Shown: one piece after another, positions 15,169 through 23,526 of the stretch
Layout: every line of letters starts with the position of its first letter
Position numbering within the stretch: position 1 is the stretch's first letter
Made by a program: the position numbers and the translations under genes
Source: a virus
Direction: 5' to 3' (one strand)
Length of the DNA: 44,112 bases
IMG/VR virus record: IMGVR_UViG_3300029558_000015
Span: 1 to 44,112 of that record
Notes under the pieces: model-generated
The model's database searches: none
What the model was told of the DNA's origin: nothing
Seen by the model: the letters and a program-made list of their open reading frames with translations, nothing else

Positions 15169-15486
15169 ATGTATACCAAAGCAGAGCTTTTTTCAATGGC
15201 CGCAGAGCAGCCGAAGGAAATCTTTGTCAACAACATTACTCTGAGCGTACCGGATGACACTTCTGACTGCGTTGATCTGGACGCTGAGAAAAAGAGGTTG
15301 TCCAACATCTGGGATCTGGCGCACTTGTCCATGCGGGAGCTGGTCTCACGCACCGGAATGTCGCAGACAGCTTTTGCAAAACAGGCGGGCATCCCGCTGC
15401 GATCCGTGCAGGACTGGTGCTGTGAAAAGCGTGCGTGTCCGGCATACGTCCGGTTTTTGCTAGCTGAGCATTATAATCTGCTATAA
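15169..15486 (+). CDS. HTH DNA-binding protein (105 aa)
   Basis: ATG follows GAAAGGAAG. C-terminal HTH MRELVSRTGMSQTAFAKQAGIPLRSVQDW. Confidence 0.65.
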   Translation: MYTKAELFSMAAEQPKEIFVNNITLSVPDDTSDCVDLDAEKKRLSNIWDLAHLSMRELVSRTGMSQTAFAKQAGIPLRSVQDWCCEKRACPAYVRFLLAEHYNLL

Positions 15487-15644
15487 CCTTAACTATGATT
15501 GTAGTGTGGGCTGCGGTTTCCGTCATGGAAGCTTTTGCATGATGACCCGGCCCGCACTGGCAGCCACCAGCAGAAGCGGCCGCACATGCGACGTGGACAC
15601 TGGTACCACTCCTGGTGACGCATAAAGTGAAGGAAGTGTAAGAG

Positions 15645-16256
15645 ATGCCGCCGAAGAAAAATCACATCGGGGAAAAACACGGGACGCTTGAAGTCATCGC
15701 AGAGGCCCCATCAAGAAAAAGTAAGTCCGGAAACTGGCTAACCTGCTGGAGAGTGCGCTGCTCTCATTGCGGATGCGAAAAAATTATGCTTTGGGGAAGC
15801 ATCCGGAACGCAAAATCGTGCGGGTGCATCAAAGTGACAGATGTGCCAAAGGAATGCACCTGTAAAAGATGTGGAAAATCTTTTACAGGAAATATGTTTA
15901 CCGTTTACTGCCCAGAATGCAAAGAAGTCATAAAAGAGTTGCACGGCGTAAAAGGGAACTCGTGTTTTTCTTTTGAAACGGTATGTATTGACTGCGGCGC
16001 GCATTTTGTTGCAGGTTCAAAAAAAGCTCTCCGATGCCCTGAGTGTAGAAAAAAGGCCAAAAGAGAAAGCAATCGTCTTTGTGCTCAGAGACGAAAAAAC
16101 GGGACGGCAAGAAGGCTTGGAGAAGTATACTCGTGTGCTGACTGTGGGAAGCCTTTTATCTTAAAAAATGGATTTCAAAAGTACTGCCCAGACTGTGAGC
16201 CGAAGCACGCCATACAATCGTGGAAAGAGTATAAGGAAAAATACGCAAAAAAGTAA
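15645..16256 (+). CDS. Cysteine-rich protein with three tandem zinc-ribbon modules (203 aa)
   Basis: CKRCGKSF..YCPECK, CIDCGAHF..RCPECR and CADCGKPF..YCPDCE. N-terminal G.L.VI....W.CxC.CGC motif. Confidence 0.7.
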   Translation: MPPKKNHIGEKHGTLEVIAEAPSRKSKSGNWLTCWRVRCSHCGCEKIMLWGSIRNAKSCGCIKVTDVPKECTCKRCGKSFTGNMFTVYCPECKEVIKELHGVKGNSCFSFETVCIDCGAHFVAGSKKALRCPECRKKAKRESNRLCAQRRKNGTARRLGEVYSCADCGKPFILKNGFQKYCPDCEPKHAIQSWKEYKEKYAKK

Positions 16257-16299
16257 AAATCCCCGGTGCTCCGCATGGATAGAGCACCGGGGATTTTTA
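16257..16299. terminator. Bidirectional rho-independent terminator between convergent genes
   Basis: 13-bp stem ATCCCCGGTGCTC / GAGCACCGGGGAT flanked by an A-run and a T-run. Confidence 0.8.
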
Positions 16300-16470
16300 T
16301 GTGTTCGATTCAAGTGCGGAAAGCACCACTTTCAGGTGATAGCATACAGCCCTACGGCTGTAATGCGTCTGTGCTGCAATGTCCGGCAACGGGAGCCGCT
16401 CAACGTACCGCAAAAGAGCTATCTTTCGGTCTACCCTCCCAAGCGGTGCGCTCTTGATAGCGGTGGCCAT
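16297..16470 (-). CDS. Small sigma-70 region-4-like HTH protein (57 aa)
   Basis: RKIALLRYVERLPLPDIAAQTHYSRRAVCYHLKVVLSAL. ATG lies 10 nt after the upstream stop. The RBS is weak. Confidence 0.45.
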   Translation of the reverse strand: MATAIKSAPLGRVDRKIALLRYVERLPLPDIAAQTHYSRRAVCYHLKVVLSALESNT

Positions 16471-16480
16471 CCCCTGTCGG

Positions 16481-16696
16481 TCAAGTCCTTGCAGCGCAGG
16501 GGGCAGCACTACACGAGCCGCCGCCACAGGCAGCACCGAGCCAGAAGGGCTGCGGCAACTGTCCGGCGTTGCGCACCATATTGCCAATGGCGGCAAAATG
16601 GTTGGGTCTCACGATTTTGTTAACGTCAACAAAATGGTGACATTTTGTCACCGTTTCGCCATAACCGGCAAAATGGTCGTATGTAGTGCTTGCCAT
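16481..16696 (-). CDS. Protein with three tandem HF-x8-V repeats (71 aa)
   Basis: AAGGAGGATATC then ATG at 16696. Repeats are DHFAGYGETV, HHFVDVNKIV and NHFAAIGNMV. The C-terminal half is low complexity. Confidence 0.5.
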   Translation of the reverse strand: MASTTYDHFAGYGETVTKCHHFVDVNKIVRPNHFAAIGNMVRNAGQLPQPFWLGAACGGGSCSAAPCAART

Positions 16697-16706
16697 GATA
16701 TCCTCC

Positions 16707-17045
16707 TTACTGCTTTTGCAGAGCCGCCTTTGCCCGGTCAAAGAAAAACTGAATGATCGTGCCGATGGTCTCATCGGTGATGGCCCAGCTGATGAGCTTG
16801 CCCCACTTGCTGGTGCTGAGGGCCGTGCGGAGCATCTGTGCCACCCACGCCTTTCGTTCTGCGCCTCTCTTGGTGCCCTGAATCTCGTGCTCCGCCTGCT
16901 CGATCAGGTCAAGCACGGTGCCCTTGACAGCCGCGCCATAGCCCAGCCGGATGCAGCCAAGTGCGTAGAAGATGAACCCGCCCAGCATGAGCACAAGGGC
17001 CACAGGGGCGGGAAGTGCGGTCAAAATATTACGAATCGCTTCCAT
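16707..17045 (-). CDS. Holin (LL-H-like)
   Basis: N-terminal TM ILTALPAPVALVLMLGGFIFYALGCI with a charged helical C-terminus. Located in the lysis module with the endolysin. Confidence 0.6.
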   Translation of the reverse strand: MEAIRNILTALPAPVALVLMLGGFIFYALGCIRLGYGAAVKGTVLDLIEQAEHEIQGTKRGAERKAWVAQMLRTALSTSKWGKLISWAITDETIGTIIQFFFDRAKAALQKQ

Positions 17046-17418
17046 GATTGGTAACTCCTTTCAGAAGATAGTTGTCGATTTCGGTGCGGCTTTTCTGCAT
17101 CCCTTCGCGGTTGTTGCCGGACAACTGCGCATCCAGAAGGTTGCGCACCCCGTCGAGGGTCAAACGGTTCACTTCATCGATTTCTTCAAAGCGGCGCAAG
17201 TCACGGGCAAGGGCCTGCGTGTGTTGAAGCTGGCCCTGCTCTAAGGTGCCGATGCGCTTGTCCAGCTCATCCAGCCGTTTATTCTGCGCATTGTCTGGGG
17301 CCTGTGCCTTTTTGATGTACTTGTGGATGATTTCCAGCACCTTGTCGATGGTGATGGCCGCAGCGCACAGGCTGCCCAGGATGCCAAGCACCCACAGCAA
17401 AGCTTCTTTTTCGGTCAT
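17029..17418 (-). CDS. Membrane-anchored coiled-coil lysis-module protein (129 aa)
   Basis: TM LLWVLGILGSLCAAAITI followed by a coiled coil. Lies between the endolysin and holin. Confidence 0.45.
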   Translation of the reverse strand: MTEKEALLWVLGILGSLCAAAITIDKVLEIIHKYIKKAQAPDNAQNKRLDELDKRIGTLEQGQLQHTQALARDLRRFEEIDEVNRLTLDGVRNLLDAQLSGNNREGMQKSRTEIDNYLLKGVTNHGSDS

Positions 17419-18200
17419 TTGCCCTCCCGGAGACGGGTCAGGCCCTTCTTGCGGATGATACGGGGGTAATTGACGGTGGTCACGTTAAGGTCAACGTTGC
17501 CGGAGATGCCCGGCACAGAGCCCTTGCTGGTGTGCTGGTGGGCGTTGTAGTGGTATCCAACGGCGGGAGTGTGTCCGGTTGTATCGGACAGCCAGACATC
17601 CCAACGGCTTGCCAAGCGGCCCATGTCCAGTTCCATGTTGGAGTAGTGGGTGTAGGTGTACAGCTGGGCATAAAAACCCATCTTTTCCACCTGTTCCAGC
17701 GCATAGGCGGTGAGGTTGGTGAGGTCGAGGGTGCTCATGGGCTTGAGCTTGTTTTCCTCCACGTCCACCGCGATGGGCATGGTCAGCTCCTTGCCGTAGA
17801 CCGCCTGCCGCACAAGGGCAAGCTCTGCATCGGCCATCGCTTCACTGGTGGCGTAAGTGTAGTAGTAGACACCCACGTCCAGCCCGGCAGCCTTTGCGTT
17901 GCGGTAGTTGGTCTCAAAGGTCGGGTCGATGTACAGGCCGTCTGCCCGCTTGGAGAGCTTGCGGTTGGTGGAGACCGTCTTGAGCATGGCCCCCTTGTAG
18001 CCCGCCGCTGCCACCTGCGCCCAGTCGATTTCGCCCTGATACCGGCTCACGTCAATGTACCGGTAGGGCGGTTTCCCTGCCCAGCCGGTCACGGTGTCCA
18101 CAGTGGGCACGTCCGGTGCAGGAGCAGGCTCTTTCTTGTCGGCACTGTTACCGGCAGCATGAGAGAGCGCAGAGAAGATATCCCGCAAGAAGTCAAGCAT
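17415..18200 (-). CDS. Endolysin, glycoside hydrolase family 25 muramidase
   Basis: IDVSRYQGEIDWAQVAAAGYKGAMLK ... GVYYYTYA. ATG at 18200 follows GAGGTGGAAAGTG. Confidence 0.88.
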   Translation of the reverse strand: MLDFLRDIFSALSHAAGNSADKKEPAPAPDVPTVDTVTGWAGKPPYRYIDVSRYQGEIDWAQVAAAGYKGAMLKTVSTNRKLSKRADGLYIDPTFETNYRNAKAAGLDVGVYYYTYATSEAMADAELALVRQAVYGKELTMPIAVDVEENKLKPMSTLDLTNLTAYALEQVEKMGFYAQLYTYTHYSNMELDMGRLASRWDVWLSDTTGHTPAVGYHYNAHQHTSKGSVPGISGNVDLNVTTVNYPRIIRKKGLTRLREGK

Positions 18201-18336
18201 CACTTTCCACCTCATAAAAACCCTCCTCCGTCAGCTTTTTCATCACGGCATCCTTATACCGGTCAGGTACGTTGTCGATGGTAAAAGCGCCGTCAAAGCG
18301 GTGCAGCTTGATTTGTGTCACATAGAACAGAACCAT
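18193..18336 (-). CDS. XkdX-like small protein (47 aa)
   Basis: AAGGAGGATACT then ATG at 18336. Size and position match PBSX XkdX. Confidence 0.45.
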   Translation of the reverse strand: MVLFYVTQIKLHRFDGAFTIDNVPDRYKDAVMKKLTEEGFYEVESDA

Positions 18337-18346
18337 AGTATCCTCC

Positions 18347-18721
18347 TTACTGTGCGGCCAGCAGGTCAAGCATAGCCGCTTCCAGAGCGGCAAGGCGCTC
18401 TTCTGCGGTGGGCAGCTGTGCCTTTTCCTCTGCTTCCTTGCGGGCCTTTTCCTGTGCGGCCAGCTCGTCGGCGGTGTAGCGGATGTACCGTTGCACTTCC
18501 ACCTCTTCGTCGTAGGCATCCTGAGCCGGAACAGCTTTGACATCCACGACTTTCTTTACGTCTTTCCCCCCGTTTGGATATTCACGGATGGTCTCGTAGT
18601 GGCTGACCTCTTCCACGCCCGCCACAGCATCGTGGTGGATGGTCTGGGTCTCCTGCTTGAGGTAGCCTTTCGTCAGGTCAGGGTTCTCGATGGGGTTGCC
18701 GTTGCTGTCGATGATTTTCAT
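18347..18721 (-). CDS. Hypothetical tail-associated protein (124 aa, XkdW position)
   Basis: ORF after the tail-fibre genes with an E/A-rich C-terminal helix. Confidence 0.45.
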   Translation of the reverse strand: MKIIDSNGNPIENPDLTKGYLKQETQTIHHDAVAGVEEVSHYETIREYPNGGKDVKKVVDVKAVPAQDAYDEEVEVQRYIRYTADELAAQEKARKEAEEKAQLPTAEERLAALEAAMLDLLAAQ

Positions 18722-18736
18722 AAGGTCTCCTTTCGG

Positions 18737-19198
18737 TTATGCCACTCTGCGCCAGATGTACGCAGAGTAGTAGGGTGGCATATTGTTGTGAGGCTGGCTA
18801 TCGCCGAGCGACATTATAAGCGTGGCGTATTTTGTACCATCGCCAAGTTGCACGTTGCTTTGTCCAGCTTCTTCGGAAAGCGTAATAACTCCGCTCGTTC
18901 CAACTGCATTTGCGTTGTACACGGCGAATCCGTTTAGACGATCTCTAATGCGCGGAAGCTCATCTTCTGTCAGCGTATGTTTTGCTTCTCCCCCCGTACT
19001 CCCTGCCGGGTAGGTCCCGCTTGCACCCATGATAAATTTGCCCTCAATGCGCTCCCATGTGCCGCCGTAAAGCTCTGCCGGGCTGGTCGGGTCACCACTG
19101 CCGAACAGGGCACCCTTTGGGTGCATCAGCAGGAACAGAGCGGATATGAATTTTTTCGTAAAACCTGCGTTTCCAATGCTCATAGTACCATAAGCCAT
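18737..19198 (-). CDS. Tail-collar-domain-like fibre protein (153 aa)
   Basis: YGGTWERIEGKFIMGA...GSTGGEAKHTLTEDELP resembles the phage tail collar pattern. Shares MAYG... and ...WRRV termini with the next gene. Confidence 0.6.
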   Translation of the reverse strand: MAYGTMSIGNAGFTKKFISALFLLMHPKGALFGSGDPTSPAELYGGTWERIEGKFIMGASGTYPAGSTGGEAKHTLTEDELPRIRDRLNGFAVYNANAVGTSGVITLSEEAGQSNVQLGDGTKYATLIMSLGDSQPHNNMPPYYSAYIWRRVA

Positions 19199-19212
19199 TG
19201 TAAGTCTCCTTT

Positions 19213-19669
19213 TCAGGAAACTCGCCTCCAGAAGTAAAAGTAGTATGCCGGGGGTTGGACGGTGGTGGAAGCGCCGTAGATGGGGTTGGAACGAGAGGCA
19301 TCAAAAAACATTACATCGTCTTTGTAGGACCTACCGGATTCTGTCATTGAATTATCTAAATAGTCAGAACCCTGAATTGAATGTGTAAATAGCTTACCAT
19401 CCCCGTATGTAATCGAACCGCCTGAACTCTTGCTGCCAGTCATGTGGGGTCTTGCATAAAAAGAGCCCGTAATATTCGGCAGCCCTGCCTCTACCGTTTC
19501 CCCACCTTTGTGCCCATCTCCGGCACCCATCGGCACACGATTCTGTGCGACGAGTTCCCACGTTGTGTTTTTATAGCGTGCAGCCGGGGATGTTTTTACG
19601 GTGGTGACGATGGCATCTCCAATACGGGGGATTGTACCCCCCCCCCACAATAAATGCGCCGTATGCCAT
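19213..19669 (-). pseudogene. Tail-collar-like paralogue interrupted by a G10 (plus-strand C10) frameshift: phase-variable OFF state or homopolymer error
   Basis: The RBS-supported ATG at 19669 (MAYGAFIVGGG) is out of frame with the 145-aa body. Removing one G restores MAYGAFIVGGGTIPRIGD... Confidence 0.7.
19637..19646. repeat. C10 homopolymer (G10 in the coding sense)
   Basis: Counted directly. Confidence 0.95.
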
Positions 19670-19680
19670 TTTGAGCCTCC

Positions 19681-20133
19681 TTATCTCACGATGTACCATG
19701 TGGCGTTGATGGCTGCCGTAGGCACATCCTTTGCCCGCAGACGCAGGATGCCCTGCTGGGTTTCAGTGTTGGCGAAACAGGCATCTGCCGCCGGTGTAGT
19801 GTCGTCCGGAGCCACCACGACATTTACAATGTCCTGCGCGGTCAGCTCTGCGATGGAGATGTCCAGCTTGTGCGGGAAGTCCGTCACAGAGGTGTCATCT
19901 ACCCAGCCGGTCGTGGGGATGGTGAAGGTGTTCGGGGCGACAACGGCGGCTTTGCCCTTGTTCAGTGCCGCTGCCGCCTTCTGCGCGTTGTTGACCTGCC
20001 TCATCAGGTAGTTGTACCCGTACTGTTCATCCATGCCGACTTCTGCGCCGGTCGGGGCGACGGTCTGTTGGGATGTCCAATTTTCCGGGAGATCAGCGGG
20101 AAGAGGAATGTTTTTCAGGATATCATCCGCCAT
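19681..20133 (-). CDS. Tail fibre-associated protein (150 aa)
   Basis: ATG at 20133 follows AAGGAGGG. N-terminus MADDILKNIPLPADLPENW. Position is after the DUF2313-like gene. Confidence 0.5.
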   Translation of the reverse strand: MADDILKNIPLPADLPENWTSQQTVAPTGAEVGMDEQYGYNYLMRQVNNAQKAAAALNKGKAAVVAPNTFTIPTTGWVDDTSVTDFPHKLDISIAELTAQDIVNVVVAPDDTTPAADACFANTETQQGILRLRAKDVPTAAINATWYIVR

Positions 20134-21484
20134 AAAGCAATGTGCCCTCCTTGAATTTGATGGTGTGTTTAAATTTTGTTCGGGACGTGGTGTCGACGCT
20201 GACATCGTCCTGTGTAAGGGCGGCTCCGAACGCATCTTGCGCGGAGATAGTAGAGACTTTTGTGATCTTTTCCGAGGGAAGAAGCTCATACTGCAGCGTG
20301 ACTGCCGCACCGGAAAGGCTCTTTGCGAGGTTCGGAACGGTATAATCGCCGTTCAGATGCACCATGTTGATATGATCCGCCAGGTACGAGGCTAGGCTTG
20401 CCAGGAACAGCGGGGTCACAGATGCAGAAGCGGGCGCGGCGGCCGTCACCGGGACAAAATTATTTTGTCCCGGTGACGCGAAAGCATCCTTGCCCAAAAG
20501 CCAGCTGCCCAGAAGATAGTGATACCGGCTTCCGTTTGCCAGCACTGTGTCCGCGCCCTCCAGAATAGAGAGATTTACGTCCACGTCTGTTTTTTCGGTG
20601 ATGCCAAAGTAGCAGTCCGAGGAGTACAGCACCTCTCCGGCATCGTTCAGTATCTCGTAGTGCGTGACGGTCGAATTACCTGCCTCCGGTTCAATGGACG
20701 CTTCCAGTTTCAGATTCTCGCCTGAGATTATCAGCATTTCAGAACCCGCTTGCAGTGTCGCAGATGCAATGCCGCTTTTCAGCGGTTTCACGGTCGCTGC
20801 GCGGTTAAGCCGTGCCGTTGTGGCAAGCTCTGCCGCCTTGTTGGACACGTCCAGAAGAAGCGTCCGCGTCAGTGTCGGCGATGCAGCAGCCTTGGCGGTC
20901 GTCCATCCTCCGAACTCGGCAAACGGCTTTTTCCCAAGAGCCCAGCCGCCCAGGCGATACTGATAGTCATATTTTTGCACCTCGACCTGCTCCGTGATCA
21001 GGATTCCGGTCTTGAGGTACGGCATACTGATAAAGACGATGTGTGCAGGCTTGATCTGGTTGATCAGGTGCGTCACCTCGTCGTAGTACGACTGGTTCTT
21101 TGCGCTCGTCGCAAGCCTCAGCTCGTAGAGCGGGTATGTGATGGAGCACGACCATGCACCCGCACCAATCAGCTCATCCAGCTTCTGATACAGAAACCCC
21201 AGTGTGTAGGGCGGGCGGGTCGCAATGCGGGTCATTACACGCTGCCTGCGGAACGCCAGAGATTCTTTTTCCGGGACAGCCACGATGTGAAACACCTTTT
21301 CCCACTGTGCAACGGAATCCTCGTCCATGGTTTGGAAAAAGAAGTTGCTTTGAACCCCTTCCACGGAACCGGACAGCAGGTCAAACTCCGCTTTTTCAGC
21401 AGTGCAGATCTGCTGATAGTCCTGCACTTCCCGGTAGATGGGCGGCAGCAGCGGCAGCAGGTCATGCGAGAGATCAAGCTTCAT
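20123..21484 (-). CDS. DUF2313 (XkdU/gpI-like) tail protein with extended, internally duplicated C-terminus (453 aa)
   Basis: N-terminus LLPLLPPIYREVQDYQQI...WEKVFHI...RRQRV. Duplicated module YRLGGWALGKKPFAEFGG / YLLGSWLLGKDAFASPG. Confidence 0.7.
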   Translation of the reverse strand: MKLDLSHDLLPLLPPIYREVQDYQQICTAEKAEFDLLSGSVEGVQSNFFFQTMDEDSVAQWEKVFHIVAVPEKESLAFRRQRVMTRIATRPPYTLGFLYQKLDELIGAGAWSCSITYPLYELRLATSAKNQSYYDEVTHLINQIKPAHIVFISMPYLKTGILITEQVEVQKYDYQYRLGGWALGKKPFAEFGGWTTAKAAASPTLTRTLLLDVSNKAAELATTARLNRAATVKPLKSGIASATLQAGSEMLIISGENLKLEASIEPEAGNSTVTHYEILNDAGEVLYSSDCYFGITEKTDVDVNLSILEGADTVLANGSRYHYLLGSWLLGKDAFASPGQNNFVPVTAAAPASASVTPLFLASLASYLADHINMVHLNGDYTVPNLAKSLSGAAVTLQYELLPSEKITKVSTISAQDAFGAALTQDDVSVDTTSRTKFKHTIKFKEGTLLYGG

Positions 21485-22592
21485 GCAGCGTCACCGTCCC
21501 AACCACAGGAACCTGCTGCTGTGCGCCGGTTTCTGTCAGAATCAAATCGTCCGCTGCTCCGTTCAGCTGGACGTTTGTCACGTTTACCACGCCCTCTGCC
21601 GTGATGATGGCCGCAGATACGCGGGCCGTGTAGACGTTGGCGCTATACTCAATGCCGGTTTTGCTGATATTGGTCTCCCAGCTTTTCCGCACATTGAGCA
21701 GATATGCCTCCAGCGCCTCCCGTACCGCGGTGCGAACTGTATCCAGCGAGTAGCTGGGCAGGAGTGTCACCGATGCGGTGACCGAAACTTCCAGCTTCTC
21801 CGGGGCCGTGATCGTTACCTTTGCACCGATGGGCGCAAGACCGAGCCCCTGCCCGGAGTACGGCACCGGGTCAATGGTGTTCTGAATGGTCTGCACAAGG
21901 TCGGTGGATGCAGGCAGCCAGTCTGCACCCAGAACGGAGCAGAGCACCGTGCCGCCGCCTCTCCATGTCGGGTACACCTGCACAGCGCCCACACCGTCCA
22001 GCTTTTTGATCTCCTCCACGTACTGCGCCACATTGCCGCCAAATGAGCGGCTGTTCAGCGATGCCTCGATGCGGGCGCGGAATTCGTCATCGGTCTCGGT
22101 CTCGTCTCCGGGTGTCAGGATATCCGAGATCCGGGCAGAAGTCAGGCCCTGAATGGTGTCGATGGGTAGGATAGGGCCGGTGTAGTCGTTGCCGATGGTG
22201 CCGGGTGTTTCGGCCAAAAGGCGGTAGGTGTGCCCGGAACCCAGAGCGGACAGCGCAATAAAATTGATACTGTCCGCGCCGTTGATGGTAGAAAACCGGC
22301 TGCCCAGCGGGATATCAATATTGAACTCGCCTTTTCTCACCGCCGCCGTGGCCTGCTTGCGGGTAACGGTGGCGATGGGGGCCAGCAGATCCAGCGCTCT
22401 GCCAGTGGCTGTCTGAAAAAACGCCTGCCGCTGCACCATGTTCAGAGAAAGGAAGAACCCCTCAAAGACATAGGCGGCGGGAGAAAGCGCTGTTGGGATG
22501 GGGCTTGTGTCCCGCTTGTCGTAGTCGTCCGGAATCTGAGACAGCATATAGTCCAGAATGGCCCGGTACTGTGCGGTAGAAAAATCGATCAT
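21474..22592 (-). CDS. Baseplate J-like protein (XkdT-like, 372 aa)
   Basis: ATG at 22592 makes an ATGA overlap with the upstream stop. The ORF-track extension to 22892 overlaps the previous gene. Position and size match baseplate J. Confidence 0.7.
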   Translation of the reverse strand: MIDFSTAQYRAILDYMLSQIPDDYDKRDTSPIPTALSPAAYVFEGFFLSLNMVQRQAFFQTATGRALDLLAPIATVTRKQATAAVRKGEFNIDIPLGSRFSTINGADSINFIALSALGSGHTYRLLAETPGTIGNDYTGPILPIDTIQGLTSARISDILTPGDETETDDEFRARIEASLNSRSFGGNVAQYVEEIKKLDGVGAVQVYPTWRGGGTVLCSVLGADWLPASTDLVQTIQNTIDPVPYSGQGLGLAPIGAKVTITAPEKLEVSVTASVTLLPSYSLDTVRTAVREALEAYLLNVRKSWETNISKTGIEYSANVYTARVSAAIITAEGVVNVTNVQLNGAADDLILTETGAQQQVPVVGTVTLHEA

Positions 22593-23005
22593 GCTGCGGT
22601 GTTCACCTCCGTGCTTGCCTGCATTTCGCCGTAGATCGTGGAGACGGTAAAAGATGCTGTCAGGGCCTGTCCCTGCACCGTGTAAGAAAAGTCCTTCACG
22701 CCGGTCACCCGGTCGTCCACGGTCAAAGCCTCTTCCAGGCGGCGCTGCAGTTCGGCAGCCACATAGCCCGGGTCTTGCCCAAGCAGCCCCTCCCACTCCA
22801 TGCCGCTGTAAGACCGGAAGATCTGCCAGCGATAACGTTCCACGTTCAGAATGATGGTCACGGCCTGTTTTACAGCCTCGTACCCATCGCATTCCCCGGT
22901 GATGCGGCCAGATGTCTGGTCAATGAACCAGGTTCTGGACGGCTGAGAAACGTACTCCACGCCGCCGGAAAGGTCGATGGACGCGCCTGTGGGAAGCGTA
23001 GCCAT
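22589..23005 (-). CDS. DUF2634 / gp25-W-like baseplate wedge protein (XkdS-like)
   Basis: 138 aa. Pattern TWFIDQTSGRI.G..DG.EAVKQAV.IIL..ERY. Confidence 0.65.
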   Translation of the reverse strand: MATLPTGASIDLSGGVEYVSQPSRTWFIDQTSGRITGECDGYEAVKQAVTIILNVERYRWQIFRSYSGMEWEGLLGQDPGYVAAELQRRLEEALTVDDRVTGVKDFSYTVQGQALTASFTVSTIYGEMQASTEVNTAA

Positions 23006-23514
23006 TACGATTCACCTCCGTATACCCGGGAAAGCACAATGAATTTTTGGCCGCTCTGTACCCGGAGCAGCAGCACTTTGTCCCCAACTTTCAGAGCCGG
23101 GTTAAGGATGATGTACTTTTTGTCCTTGCTCAAAGGCAGCGCAGCGCCGTTTTCCCAGCCCACAAAGTTTTCTGCCTGAACTTCTGCGTCAAATCCATCC
23201 GGCAGGGCCGACCACTCCGTGAAGTAGGGTGGGGATGTGAATGCGTCCTCGCTTGGGCCGGATGGTGTTGCGTGCTTGTGCAGCAGGATCTTGATCTCGT
23301 GCCGGTGGCGCAGGATGGGAATTTTCTTTTCAATGACAGGCTCTGCCAGATAGAGCACAGCCTGCTTCAGCGGGGCCATTGCTTCACTGATCTGGATCTC
23401 CAGCTCATCATCGTCCGGCGGGGCCTTTGTCACTGTTCCGATCTGCAGATCTGTGGGCTGCCCGGCATCGTTGGTCTGCCGGTTGATCTCCTGCAATACT
23501 CCCAGTAAATCCAC
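23005..23514 (-). CDS. DUF2577 baseplate spike-like protein (XkdR-like)
   Basis: 169 aa. DLQIGTVTKAPP...LEIQI near the N-terminus, GDKVLLLRVQSGQKFIVLSRV at the C-terminus. Confidence 0.65.
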   Translation of the reverse strand: MDLLGVLQEINRQTNDAGQPTDLQIGTVTKAPPDDDELEIQISEAMAPLKQAVLYLAEPVIEKKIPILRHRHEIKILLHKHATPSGPSEDAFTSPPYFTEWSALPDGFDAEVQAENFVGWENGAALPLSKDKKYIILNPALKVGDKVLLLRVQSGQKFIVLSRVYGGES

Positions 23515-23526
23515 GCTTCTCCCTCC

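Noticed and set aside
16297-16696. Single frameshifted gene fusing the HF-repeat ORF to the HTH ORF
   Set aside because: The first frame stops 10 nt before an in-frame ATG of the HTH ORF, so two adjacent genes explain the data without a frameshift. The 99-aa ORF-track version has a low-complexity N-terminus.
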